A DNA stretch of 64,000 nucleotides. Origin: an uncultured Pleomorphomonas sp. GTDB taxonomy: Bacteria; Pseudomonadota; Alphaproteobacteria; Rhizobiales; Pleomorphomonadaceae. The position numbers were made by a program, and so were the translations under genes. Under the pieces are notes generated by a model. It was not told the DNA's origin, ran no database searches, and worked only from the letters and a program-made list of their open reading frames with translations. Shown here piece after piece: positions 1 to 7,673 of this stretch (position 1 is the stretch's first letter; each line of letters starts with the position of its first letter). The stretch is taken from positions 24,699-88,698 of the forward strand of contig CAXXNH010000064.1 of assembly GCA_963665435.2 (NCBI GenBank). The letters are read 5' to 3'.

Positions 1-35
1 CCCGTTTCCGCGTGATCGAAAGCGCCCTAAATCTC

Positions 36-87
36 GGTCATCGGCAGCGAGCACAGACCTCCAGTGACCTCCCCCCGCTGCCAGACC
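36..87 (+). promoter_or_regulatory. Structured 5' leader (or sRNA) with CCUCC motifs, copy 1
   Basis: GGTC/GACC plus stem GGCAGCG(43-49)/CGCTGCC(76-82) enclosing CAC-AGACCTCCA-GTG and ACCTCCCCC; covaries with copy 2. Confidence 0.6.
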
Positions 88-136
88 ATGAAACGACTTG
101 GACGCATATGTCCCTTTGAGAATTTGGAGTTTGAAA

Positions 137-637
137 ATGAAGACCTCCCTGATCGCTTCCCTCGCCCTCGCTTCCGTCCTGATCCCCTCGATCGCCAGCG
201 CCGCCTCGCTCGTCCAGTTCGACCCGGCCGCCCATGACAACGACCCGCAGTTCGTCTCCGTCGTCCACACCGATGGCGTCAACGCCGCTGCCGCCAAGGC
301 CGACGCCGCCCGTTACGCCGCCGCCGAGCAGGGCCTGAAGTCCGGCGCCCTCATCGGCACCCACGGTTCGGAAGGTTACGGCGTCGTCACCACCTTCAAC
401 CCGGCCGCCCGTGAAAACGACCCGCAGTTCGAGCGCGCCGTCGTCCTCGGCGACTCGGCCAACGCCGCCGCCGCCAAGGCCGATGCTGCCCGTTACGCCG
501 CCGCCGAACAGGCCCTGAAGTCCGGTGCCGTCGTCGGCACCCACGGTTCGAAGGGCTACAGCGTCGTGACGACCTTCGACCCGGCCGCCCGCGACAACGA
601 CCCGCAGTTCGTCAACACCGTGGTCCTGGCGAACTGA
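137..637 (+). CDS. Secreted repeat protein of unknown function, copy 1 (166 aa)
   Basis: GGAG SD before ATG137; signal peptide MKTSLIASLALASVLIPSIASA; motif F[DN]PAAx[DE]NDPQF three times at 59/60-aa spacing; strongly C/G-ending codons; terminator follows. Confidence 0.9.
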   Translation: MKTSLIASLALASVLIPSIASAASLVQFDPAAHDNDPQFVSVVHTDGVNAAAAKADAARYAAAEQGLKSGALIGTHGSEGYGVVTTFNPAARENDPQFERAVVLGDSANAAAAKADAARYAAAEQALKSGAVVGTHGSKGYSVVTTFDPAARDNDPQFVNTVVLAN

Positions 638-662
638 GCATCGACCGAAAGCCGAATTGATT

Positions 663-691
663 GACGGCTTCCCGAAAGGGGAGCCGTTTTT
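663..691 (+). terminator. Intrinsic terminator
   Basis: ACGGCTTCCC-GAAA-GGGGAGCCGT followed by a T run. Confidence 0.85.
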
Positions 692-743
692 CGTTTGAGA
701 CCGTTTCCGTCAGGTTTCGATCCTCCGGGCGGAAGCTGACGGA

Positions 744-791
744 GACGACAAAGCGCCCGTACCGGTCATCCATCGAACGCTCGACGTCGTC
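744..791 (-). repeat. Hairpin element (minus-strand terminator-like), copy 1 of 3
   Basis: ACGACAAAGCGCCCG...CG[A/C]..CGCTCGACGTC recurs at ~1549-1597 and ~5033-5082. Confidence 0.8.
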
Positions 792-877
792 ACGGTTTTG
801 CGACCGGTTATCAAATACCCGACCTCGCAACTGTCATCAGCCGCCCGTTTCCGCGTGATCGAAGACACCCTAAATAT

Positions 878-930
878 TGGTCATCGGCAGTGAGCACAGC
901 CCTCCAGTGACCTCCCCCACTGCCAGACCA
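878..930 (+). promoter_or_regulatory. Structured 5' leader (or sRNA) with CCUCC motifs, copy 2
   Basis: Stem GGCAGTG(886-892)/CACTGCC(918-924); T891-A919 replaces the C48-G77 pair of copy 1. Confidence 0.6.
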
Positions 931-959
931 TGAACAATTGAGAATTTGGAGTATTGAAA

Positions 960-1460
960 ATGAAGACCTCCCTGATCGCTTCCCTCGCCCTCGCTTCCGT
1001 CCTGATCCCCTCGATCGCCAGCGCCGCCTCGCTCGTCCAGTTCGACCCGGCCGCCCATGACAACGACCCGCAGTTCGTCTCCGTCGTCCACACCGATGGC
1101 GTCAACGCCGCCGCCGCCAAGGCCGACGCAGCCCGTTACGCCGCCGCCGAGCCGGGCCTGAAGTCCGGCGCCCTCATCGGCACCCACGGTTCGGAAGGTT
1201 ACGGCGTCGTCACCACCTTCAACCCGGCCGCTCGTGAAAACGACCCGCAGTTCGAGCGCGCCGTCGTCCTCGGCGACTCGGCCAACGCCGCCGCCGCCAA
1301 GGCCGACGCTGCCCGTTACGCCGCCGCCGAACAGGCCCTGAAGTCCGGCGCCGTCGTCGGCACTCACGGTTCGCAGGGCTACAGCGTCGTGACGACCTTC
1401 GACCCGGCCGCCCGCGACAACGAGCCCCAGTTCAAGAGCACCGTGGTCTTCGCGAACTGA
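960..1460 (+). CDS. Secreted repeat protein of unknown function, copy 2 (166 aa)
   Basis: Paralog of 137-637 with a few substitutions (EQGL>EPGL, GSKG>GSQG, altered C-terminus). Confidence 0.9.
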   Translation: MKTSLIASLALASVLIPSIASAASLVQFDPAAHDNDPQFVSVVHTDGVNAAAAKADAARYAAAEPGLKSGALIGTHGSEGYGVVTTFNPAARENDPQFERAVVLGDSANAAAAKADAARYAAAEQALKSGAVVGTHGSQGYSVVTTFDPAARDNEPQFKSTVVFAN

Positions 1461-1485
1461 TCACCAGCCAACGACCGAGACGAAC

Positions 1486-1514
1486 GACGGCTTCCCGCAA
1501 GGGGAGCCGTTTTT
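1486..1514 (+). terminator. Intrinsic terminator
   Basis: ACGGCTTCCC-GCAA-GGGGAGCCGT followed by a T run; GNRA loop retained relative to copy 1. Confidence 0.85.
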
Positions 1515-1548
1515 CATTTGGGGGTGCGGTGAGATGAGATAGGAGCGG

Positions 1549-1914
1549 ATACGACAAAGCGCCCGTACCGTCAGGTATCGAGCGCTCGACGTCATATCGG
1601 GGCTTGTCGGCTTGCTGCCGTCCTGTCCTCAGAGGCCGAAACCACGGCGAGCGCGGTTGTTGAGGTTCCGCTCACGTGCCTCAAGGTCGTAACGGTCGCC
1701 GGCTTCGTTGAGGTAGGCCATGTCGCGCTCGATCTGGTTGGGAAGGTGGAGGGCCTTGGCAGCGCGCTTGAGGGTGGCGAACATTTCGATTTTTCCTTTC
1801 CTAGACCGGAGGTTTCCGGCCTCTTTCTCTCTTTTCTTTTGACGCCCTCAATATAGGCCCGGAAAGCCGTGCGACCTAATCGCAAGTTCTGAACGTCACC
1901 TTCAGTTTCTCTAT
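1549..1914. repeat. ~370-bp diverged direct repeat A (small-gene cassette)
   Basis: Aligns end to end with 5033-5400. Confidence 0.9.
1629..1784 (-). CDS. Small protein, DUF3563-like (51 aa), copy 1
   Basis: Manual translation MFATLKRAAKALHLPNQIERDMAYLNEAGDRYDLEARERNLNNRARRGFGL; SD AGGAAAGGA; below the ORF-track size cut-off; synonymous changes relative to copy 2. Confidence 0.85.
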   Translation of the reverse strand: MFATLKRAAKALHLPNQIERDMAYLNEAGDRYDLEARERNLNNRARRGFGL

Positions 1915-1925
1915 GCCCGAAGCCG

Positions 1926-2810
1926 TCACTTGCCGCGCTCGCGCGGCCAGGCGTTCGCCACGGTGGCGACCAGCGATTGGACCGGCGAAGCCAGCAGCGG
2001 CCGGTAGGCGATGGCCAGCATCAAGGGTTCCGGGCCGTCGACCAGAGGCCGCATCGACAGGGTCGCCGGCATCAGCCGCCCGGCATAATCGGGCATCAGC
2101 GAGAAACCATCTGTGGCCATGATCAGCGAGAAGGTCGAGGCGATGTCGCCTGCAACATGGGTCGGGGACAGCGCAAGGCCGCGCAGCTGGCCCCAGATGT
2201 CGATCTCTCCGCGCAGGAACGGTGCGACGCGCTGATTGACGGCGATGTAGGTGTGGCCGACCAGATCGGAAAAGCTCAGCACCTCCCGCTGCGCCAGAGG
2301 ATGGCCGGTCTGAAGAAAGACGCTGATGCGGTGATGATCGATCGGCTCGAAATGCAGGTCGAGGTCCGTGACCGAGGGGCGGGCGAAGGCGAGGTCCAAA
2401 TTGCCGTCCTTCAGATACTGGATGAGCGCGGTGGACGGGGCGCTCGTCACCTCGATGTCGACCTCGCCGGCGATCTCGCGTGCCAGCCGCCGAAACTCGG
2501 GAAGAACGAAGGTTTCTAGCCCCGGAATAATACCGACGCGGATCGTCATCGGCGCGTTGCGAACGACGTCGACGGCGTCGTCGAGCTGCTTCAAAACCTG
2601 CCGGACATGGCCGAGAAACAGCCGGCCGGGCCGTGTCAGAACCACGCCCCGCACCCGCCGGTCGAACAGCTCGACGCCCAATTCCCGTTCAAGATCCTTG
2701 AGTTGGCGGCTGAGCGAGGGCTGGGCCGTGTGCAGCCGCGTCCGGGCGGCGGCGCTGACGCTGCCCTCGTCGGCCACGGCTACGAAGTAGCGAAGGTGCC
2801 TCAGCTCCAT
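1926..2810 (-). CDS. LysR-family regulator (HcaR/BenM/CatM-like)
   Basis: MELRHLRYFVAVA...LHTAQPSLSRQLKDLERELG HTH; divergent from the reductase. Confidence 0.93.
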   Translation of the reverse strand: MELRHLRYFVAVADEGSVSAAARTRLHTAQPSLSRQLKDLERELGVELFDRRVRGVVLTRPGRLFLGHVRQVLKQLDDAVDVVRNAPMTIRVGIIPGLETFVLPEFRRLAREIAGEVDIEVTSAPSTALIQYLKDGNLDLAFARPSVTDLDLHFEPIDHHRISVFLQTGHPLAQREVLSFSDLVGHTYIAVNQRVAPFLRGEIDIWGQLRGLALSPTHVAGDIASTFSLIMATDGFSLMPDYAGRLMPATLSMRPLVDGPEPLMLAIAYRPLLASPVQSLVATVANAWPRERGK

Positions 2811-2817
2811 TGCGTAT

Positions 2818-2832
2818 ATATCTCCTGGGTAT
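2818..2832. promoter_or_regulatory. LysR recognition box (ATAC-N7-GTAT-like)
   Basis: ATAT-CTCCTGG-GTAT immediately upstream of the LysR start. Confidence 0.55.
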
Positions 2833-2958
2833 GGAACGCAGCCCTATCAAGTCTTTGTAGGGATGGCAACGCCGGTTCTAGGGTGAGCCCAACCTGCCCG
2901 GCCGGGCAGCAGGATTTGCCAGAAACCGGAGGCGCGGACGCGAGCCGCGAACAGTCCC

Positions 2959-4956
2959 ATGAAAGAGAACCACGAGATCCTGTTCGAGCCGATGAAGATC
3001 GGCAGCCTCGAGATCAAGAACCGTTACGTCATGGAGCCCATGGGTCCGGGCGGACTGTGCGATGCCGACGGCACCTACAACTATCGCGGCGTCGAGTATT
3101 ACGTCGAGCGCGCCAAGGGCGGCGCCGGCTTGCTGATGACCGGCGTCACCATGGTTGAGAACGACATCGAGAAGTGCGCCCTGCCCTCGATGCCCTGCCC
3201 GACGCTGAACCCGCTCAACTTCGTCAAGACCGGCAAGATCATGACCGAGCGGGTGCATGCCTATGACGCCCGCATCTTCCTGCAGCTCTCGGCCGGCTTC
3301 GGTCGCGTGTCCATGCCGTCGATCGTCGGCCGCACCGCCGTCGCCCCGTCGCCGATCCCGCATCGCTGGATCGAGGGCGTGACCTGCCGCGAACTGACCA
3401 TCGAGGAAATCAAGACCTACGTTCGCAAATTCGCCGACAGCGCCGAGATCGCCCAGCGCGCCGGCTTCGACGGCATCGAGATCCACGCGGTGCACGAGGG
3501 CTATCTGCTCGACCAGTTCGCCATCTCCATGTTCAACCAGCGCACGGACGAATACGGCGGCAGCCTGGAGAACCGCCTTCGCTTTGCCGTCGAGATCGTT
3601 CAGGCGATCAAGGAACGCTGCGGCAAGGACTATCCGGTGTCCCTGCGCTACTCGATCAAGAGCTTCATCAAGGATTGGAAGAGCGGCGGCCTGCCGGGCG
3701 AAGAGTTCGTCGAGATGGGCCGCGACATCCCCGAGGGCATCGAGGCGGCCAAGCTCTTGGAAGCGGCCGGCTACGACGCCTTCAACGGCGACGTCGGCTC
3801 CTATGACAGCTGGTACTGGAGCCACCCGCCCATGTACCAGGAAAAGGGCCTCTACCTGCCCTACAACAAGATCCTGAAAGAGGTGCTGAAGGTGCCGGTG
3901 ATCACCGCCGGCCGCATGGACAACCCCGATCTCGCCGCCGAGTCCATCGTCTCTGGCAAGACCGACTTCGTCGGCCTCGCCCGGCCGCTGCTCGCCGACC
4001 CGCAGTTGCCCAACAAGGTGCGCGCCGAGAAGATCGACCGCATCCGCCCCTGCCTTTCCTGCCAGGAAGGCTGCATGGGCCGACTTGCCAAGTATTCGCA
4101 GATCTCCTGCGCCGTGAACCCGGCCTGCGGCCGCGAAGCGGAATACGGCCTGACGGCTGCGCTGGAAAAAAAGTCGGTGATGATCGTCGGCGGCGGCATC
4201 GCCGGCATGGAGGCGGCCCGCGTCGCCACGCTGCGTGGCCATGTCGTCACCCTCTACGAGAAGTCCGACCGTCTCGGCGGCGTCGTCATCCCCGGCGGCG
4301 TGCCCGACTTCAAGGAAGACGACCACGACCTGATCCGCTGGTACGAGCGCGAGCTGCGCGAACTCAAGGTCCCGGTGATCTTCAACAAGGAAGTGACCGA
4401 GGAGACGGTGCGCCTTGCCAAGCCCGACGTGCTGATCGTCGCCACCGGCTCGCAGCCCAAGCGGCTCAACATCGGCGACGCCGACAACGTCTACACCGCC
4501 GAGGACGTGCTCAACGGCGTCAAGCCGGCCGGCGACAGCACCATCGTCATCGGCGCCGGCCTCGTCGGCTGCGAAACGGCGCTGTGGCTGCACGACCAGG
4601 GCAAGAAGGTGACCATCGTCGAGCTGGCGCCCAAGATCCTGGCCCTGGCCGGCCCACTCTGCCACGCCAACCACGACATGCTGCACGACCTCCTGATCTT
4701 CAAGAAGATCGACATCATGACGTCGAGCTACGTGGCCGAACCGGTCAAGGGCGGCTTCAAGGTGAAGACCGGCGACAAGGAAACCATCGTCGCTGCCGAC
4801 AGCGCCATCGTCGCCATCGGCTACCGCTCCGAACGCAGCCTCTACGACAAGGTCCGCAACCTCGTTCCCGAGGTCTACAGCTTCGGCGACGCCCGCCAGG
4901 TCTCCAACATCATGTACGCCATCTGGGACGCCTACGAGGTCGCCCGCTCGATCTGA
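2959..4956 (+). CDS. 2-enoate reductase-like FMN/FAD/Fe-S oxidoreductase (Old Yellow Enzyme fusion family)
   Basis: IHAVHEGYLLDQF, NQRTDEYGG, CLSCQEGC...CAVNP Fe-S motif, two GxGxxG motifs; WYWSHPPMYQ typical of clostridial enoate reductases. Confidence 0.9.
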   Translation: MKENHEILFEPMKIGSLEIKNRYVMEPMGPGGLCDADGTYNYRGVEYYVERAKGGAGLLMTGVTMVENDIEKCALPSMPCPTLNPLNFVKTGKIMTERVHAYDARIFLQLSAGFGRVSMPSIVGRTAVAPSPIPHRWIEGVTCRELTIEEIKTYVRKFADSAEIAQRAGFDGIEIHAVHEGYLLDQFAISMFNQRTDEYGGSLENRLRFAVEIVQAIKERCGKDYPVSLRYSIKSFIKDWKSGGLPGEEFVEMGRDIPEGIEAAKLLEAAGYDAFNGDVGSYDSWYWSHPPMYQEKGLYLPYNKILKEVLKVPVITAGRMDNPDLAAESIVSGKTDFVGLARPLLADPQLPNKVRAEKIDRIRPCLSCQEGCMGRLAKYSQISCAVNPACGREAEYGLTAALEKKSVMIVGGGIAGMEAARVATLRGHVVTLYEKSDRLGGVVIPGGVPDFKEDDHDLIRWYERELRELKVPVIFNKEVTEETVRLAKPDVLIVATGSQPKRLNIGDADNVYTAEDVLNGVKPAGDSTIVIGAGLVGCETALWLHDQGKKVTIVELAPKILALAGPLCHANHDMLHDLLIFKKIDIMTSSYVAEPVKGGFKVKTGDKETIVAADSAIVAIGYRSERSLYDKVRNLVPEVYSFGDARQVSNIMYAIWDAYEVARSI

Positions 4957-4979
4957 TCCGATCCAGCCGACAACGACAG

Positions 4980-5011
4980 GCCGCGCCGCCCCCGGGATGG
5001 CGCGGCTTTTT
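4980..5011 (+). terminator. Intrinsic terminator
   Basis: GCCGCGCC...GGCGCGGC-TTTTT. Confidence 0.8.
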
Positions 5012-5032
5012 CATGGTCGGAGCAAGCGACAA

Positions 5033-5400
5033 ATACGACAAAGCGCCCGAACCGGTCAGGTATCGAGCGCTCGACGTCGTATCGAAGTGTCGGCTTGTTG
5101 CCGTCCTGGCCTCAGAGACCCAGGCCCCGGTTCGGCGCGCGGCGGCTGAGATTGCGCTCGCGGGCTTCGAGGTCGTAGCGGTCGCCGGCTTCGTTCAGGT
5201 AGGCGAGGTCGAGCTCGGCCTGGCTGGGAACACGGAGGGCCTTGGCAGCACGCTTGAGGGTGGCGAACATTTCGTTTTTCCTTCTTTCCTGACCGGAGGT
5301 TTCCGGCCTCTTTCTCTCATCTCTTTGACGCCCTCAATATAGGCCCGACAGCCGCCCTGACCTAATCGCAACTTCTGAAAGTCGCCTTCAGATTTTCTAT
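5033..5400. repeat. ~370-bp diverged direct repeat B (small-gene cassette)
   Basis: Aligns with 1549-1914. Confidence 0.9.
5112..5270 (-). CDS. Small protein, DUF3563-like (52 aa), copy 2
   Basis: MFATLKRAAKALRVPSQAELDLAYLNEAGDRYDLEARERNLSRRAPNRGLGL; purine-rich SD. Confidence 0.85.
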   Translation of the reverse strand: MFATLKRAAKALRVPSQAELDLAYLNEAGDRYDLEARERNLSRRAPNRGLGL

Positions 5401-5416
5401 AAGTAAAACTCCGCTC

Positions 5417-6193
5417 TCAGCTGAGAAGGGCTCGGGTGAGCCGCTCTCCTAGCCGCTCCACATGGTCGATGTCGGCAAGGTAGAGCGCGGCTTCACCGGC
5501 TTCCACATCCTCGACAAAGGTCTCGTCGCCGGCTTCGGCCCGCCCCTGCATGAAGGCGACCAGCGTCCGCAAGCGTTCGGCGATCATGCCCGGCAGACGC
5601 CGCCTTTCCTCCTCCGTCGCGCCATAGGCGTCGCAGAAGATCCGCGCCCGCGACAGCTGCGTCTCCGGATCGAACACCCCGCCCTGGTGACCGGGCGAGA
5701 ACAGCGGCGCCCAGCGATAGACCGCATAGGCGAGATCCCAGAGGGCCGGCGCCGGATGAATGGTGTCGAAGTCGATGAGGCCGACGGCGATACCGTTGTC
5801 GCCGGCGACGTTGTAGGGCGCGAAATCGCCGTGACAGACGATCTCGCGCGGCTCTCTCGGCTCCAGCATCCAGACCTGCGCCTGACGGTCGCTTTCCAGA
5901 AAGCCGCGCGAGACCGCATGGAAATCGCGCAACAGCGCGGCCGCCGACCGAAGCATCCGCTCGGAACCGACGAGCGGATCGCGGAGGTCTTCGGAGACGC
6001 GCCCCTCGACGAAACTCACGATCTCCTGCCCCGCCTCGGTGATACCGATGGGAACCGGCGCGCCGACAAACCCGGCAGCCCTGATGTGGGCGAGGAAGCG
6101 ATGCACCGTCGGCGTCCACGGCCCGGCCGGTCGCATCACGCTGTCGCCGTTCCGCCAGATCTTCCCCTCGCGTCCGCCTTCGAGCGCCTGCAC
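5417..6193 (-). CDS. Aminoglycoside phosphotransferase-family (APH/kinase-like) protein
   Basis: HGDFAPYN and IDFD motifs; GTG start after GGGAGG SD (the ORF-track start at 7090 is over-extended). Confidence 0.85.
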   Translation of the reverse strand: MQALEGGREGKIWRNGDSVMRPAGPWTPTVHRFLAHIRAAGFVGAPVPIGITEAGQEIVSFVEGRVSEDLRDPLVGSERMLRSAAALLRDFHAVSRGFLESDRQAQVWMLEPREPREIVCHGDFAPYNVAGDNGIAVGLIDFDTIHPAPALWDLAYAVYRWAPLFSPGHQGGVFDPETQLSRARIFCDAYGATEEERRRLPGMIAERLRTLVAFMQGRAEAGDETFVEDVEAGEAALYLADIDHVERLGERLTRALLS

Positions 6194-6270
6194 CCGCACC
6201 TCCCTGAACCATATGCGACGAAACGGCGCCGACGGCCGCGTCAGTCTTGTCTGGTTCAGCCTGCCCGGAG

Positions 6271-6509
6271 ATGCAAGGGCGTTCAGTCGCCGGCCAACAC
6301 GACGAGCCGGTCGACGGCCTCTTTGAGGAACTCGGGGCTTCGGGTTCCTGTTTGTGTTCGGCCTTCTGATCCCGCTGGCCGTCGTCCTGCCGTTTCTGTT
6401 CCATGTCCAGGGCATGGGCGCGCCCTTCTGGCTGGCGGCCACCGTTGCGCTGGGGCTGGCCATCTTCACCATCCAGCGGTTCGTGACCGGGCCGACCTGG
6501 TATCGCTGA
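6271..6509 (+). CDS. Small two-TM membrane protein, possibly frameshifted near 6334-6337 (or GTG start at 6354)
   Basis: Frame 6336-6509 reads GFGFLFVFGLLIPLAVVLPFLFHVQGMGAPFWLAATVALGLAIFTIQRFVTGPTWYR with host-like codons; terminator follows. Confidence 0.5.
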
Positions 6510-6518
6510 CCGCGCATG

Positions 6519-6555
6519 AAAAACCCCGCCGCGCACAGGCGCAGCGGGGTCGTTG
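6519..6555. terminator. Terminator hairpin downstream of ilvE (possibly bidirectional)
   Basis: AAAAACCCCGC...GCGGGGTCGTT. Confidence 0.75.
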
Positions 6556-6573
6556 TTGTCCGAAGCGGTTCGA

Positions 6574-7464
6574 TTACTCGGCGGCGGCCTTCTTGGGCTG
6601 CACTTCGTCGAGATAGGCGTGCATCAAGAGTTCGCTGATCTTGGCCGGCTTGAAGCGATACTCGCCGATCTCGGAGATCGGCGTCACCTCGGCGGCCGTG
6701 CCGACCAGGAAGGCCTCGGTGAAGGTCGACAGCTCTTCCGGCAGGATGTGCCGGCGATTGACCTTGATGCCATGGCGGGCGGCGATCGCCTCCACCGACT
6801 GGCGGGTGATGCTGTCCAGGAAGCAGTCCGGATCCGGCGTGTAGAGTTCGCCGTCGCGAACGAAGACGATGTTGGCGCCGGTCGATTCCGCCACATAGCC
6901 GCGATAGTCGAGCATCAGCGCGTCGGTATAGCCCTCGGCCTCCGCCGCGTGCTTGGAGATGGTGCAGATCATGTAGAGACCGGCCGCCTTCGACTTGCAC
7001 GGGATGGTCATCGGGTCCGGACGGCGATAGGGCGCCCAAGTCAGGCGAATGCCCTTCAGCTTCTCGGCCGGGCTGAAGTAGCTCGGCCACTCCCAGACGG
7101 CGATCGCCATGTGGATTGTATTGTTGGGAGCGGCGACGCCCATGGCCTCCGAGCCGCGCCAGGCGATCGGCCGGACGTAGGCATCGACGAGACCCGAACG
7201 AGCAAGCGCCTCATTGGTCGCCGCCTCGATCTCCTCAAGGGAGTACGGCAGCTTGAAGCCGAGGATCTCGGCCGACTCGATCAGGCGCTGGCTGTGCTCC
7301 CGGAGCTTGTAGACCTCGCCGCCATAGGCGCGCTCGCCCTCGAAGACGGCGCTGCCATAGTGAAGCGCGTGGGTCAGAATGTGCACCTTGGCGTCCTTCC
7401 AGTCGACGAACTTGCCGTCGTACCAGATCACACCGTCGCGGCTGTCAAAGGGGACACTGGCCAT
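6574..7464 (-). CDS. ilvE: Branched-chain amino acid aminotransferase
   Basis: THALHYGSAVFEGERAY, KSKAAGLY, GTAAEVTP; PLP class IV. Confidence 0.95.
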   Translation of the reverse strand: MASVPFDSRDGVIWYDGKFVDWKDAKVHILTHALHYGSAVFEGERAYGGEVYKLREHSQRLIESAEILGFKLPYSLEEIEAATNEALARSGLVDAYVRPIAWRGSEAMGVAAPNNTIHMAIAVWEWPSYFSPAEKLKGIRLTWAPYRRPDPMTIPCKSKAAGLYMICTISKHAAEAEGYTDALMLDYRGYVAESTGANIVFVRDGELYTPDPDCFLDSITRQSVEAIAARHGIKVNRRHILPEELSTFTEAFLVGTAAEVTPISEIGEYRFKPAKISELLMHAYLDEVQPKKAAAE

Positions 7465-7673
7465 CTTGAACTCCCAGACCTTTTCTTTTGTCTTTTGCCC
7501 GACAGGCGGGCGACCTCTTGCACGGGACACGTTTTGCCTCGGCGTCGACAAGCGGCTATGCTCGCGGATCAGTGGATCCCTTGTGTGCCGGATGTCCCTT
7601 GCGACCGCATCGTGCGAACGATCGTTTCGTCGTGACGGGTATTCTAGTAACAAATGAATCGAAGTATGTCAAC

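Larger units (their letters stand above)
1..1514 (+). repeat. Tandem duplication of a promoter-leader-gene-terminator unit (offset ~823-843 bp)
   Basis: 1-691 aligns with 844-1514; the CDSs are near identical; the first unit may extend left of the window. Confidence 0.95.

Noticed and set aside
38-1367. Gly-rich minus-strand ORFs 38-544 and 870-1367
   Set aside because: Antisense of the repeat-protein genes, whose strand has the SD, signal peptide and terminators
200-1450. CRISPR-like periodicity
   Set aside because: Repeats are in-frame coding repeats of 177-180 bp with no unique spacers, and there are no cas genes
2830-2958. FNR/FixK box for the enoate reductase
   Set aside because: ATCAA half-site only; no TTGAT-N4-ATCAA
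1549-5400. Composite transposon or IS interpretation of the direct repeats
   Set aside because: No transposase, terminal inverted repeats or target-site duplication; the repeats are small-gene cassettes
5417-7090. 557-aa ORF suggesting a long kinase fusion
   Set aside because: The upstream part overlaps ilvE out of frame; the real start is GTG6193 with an SD
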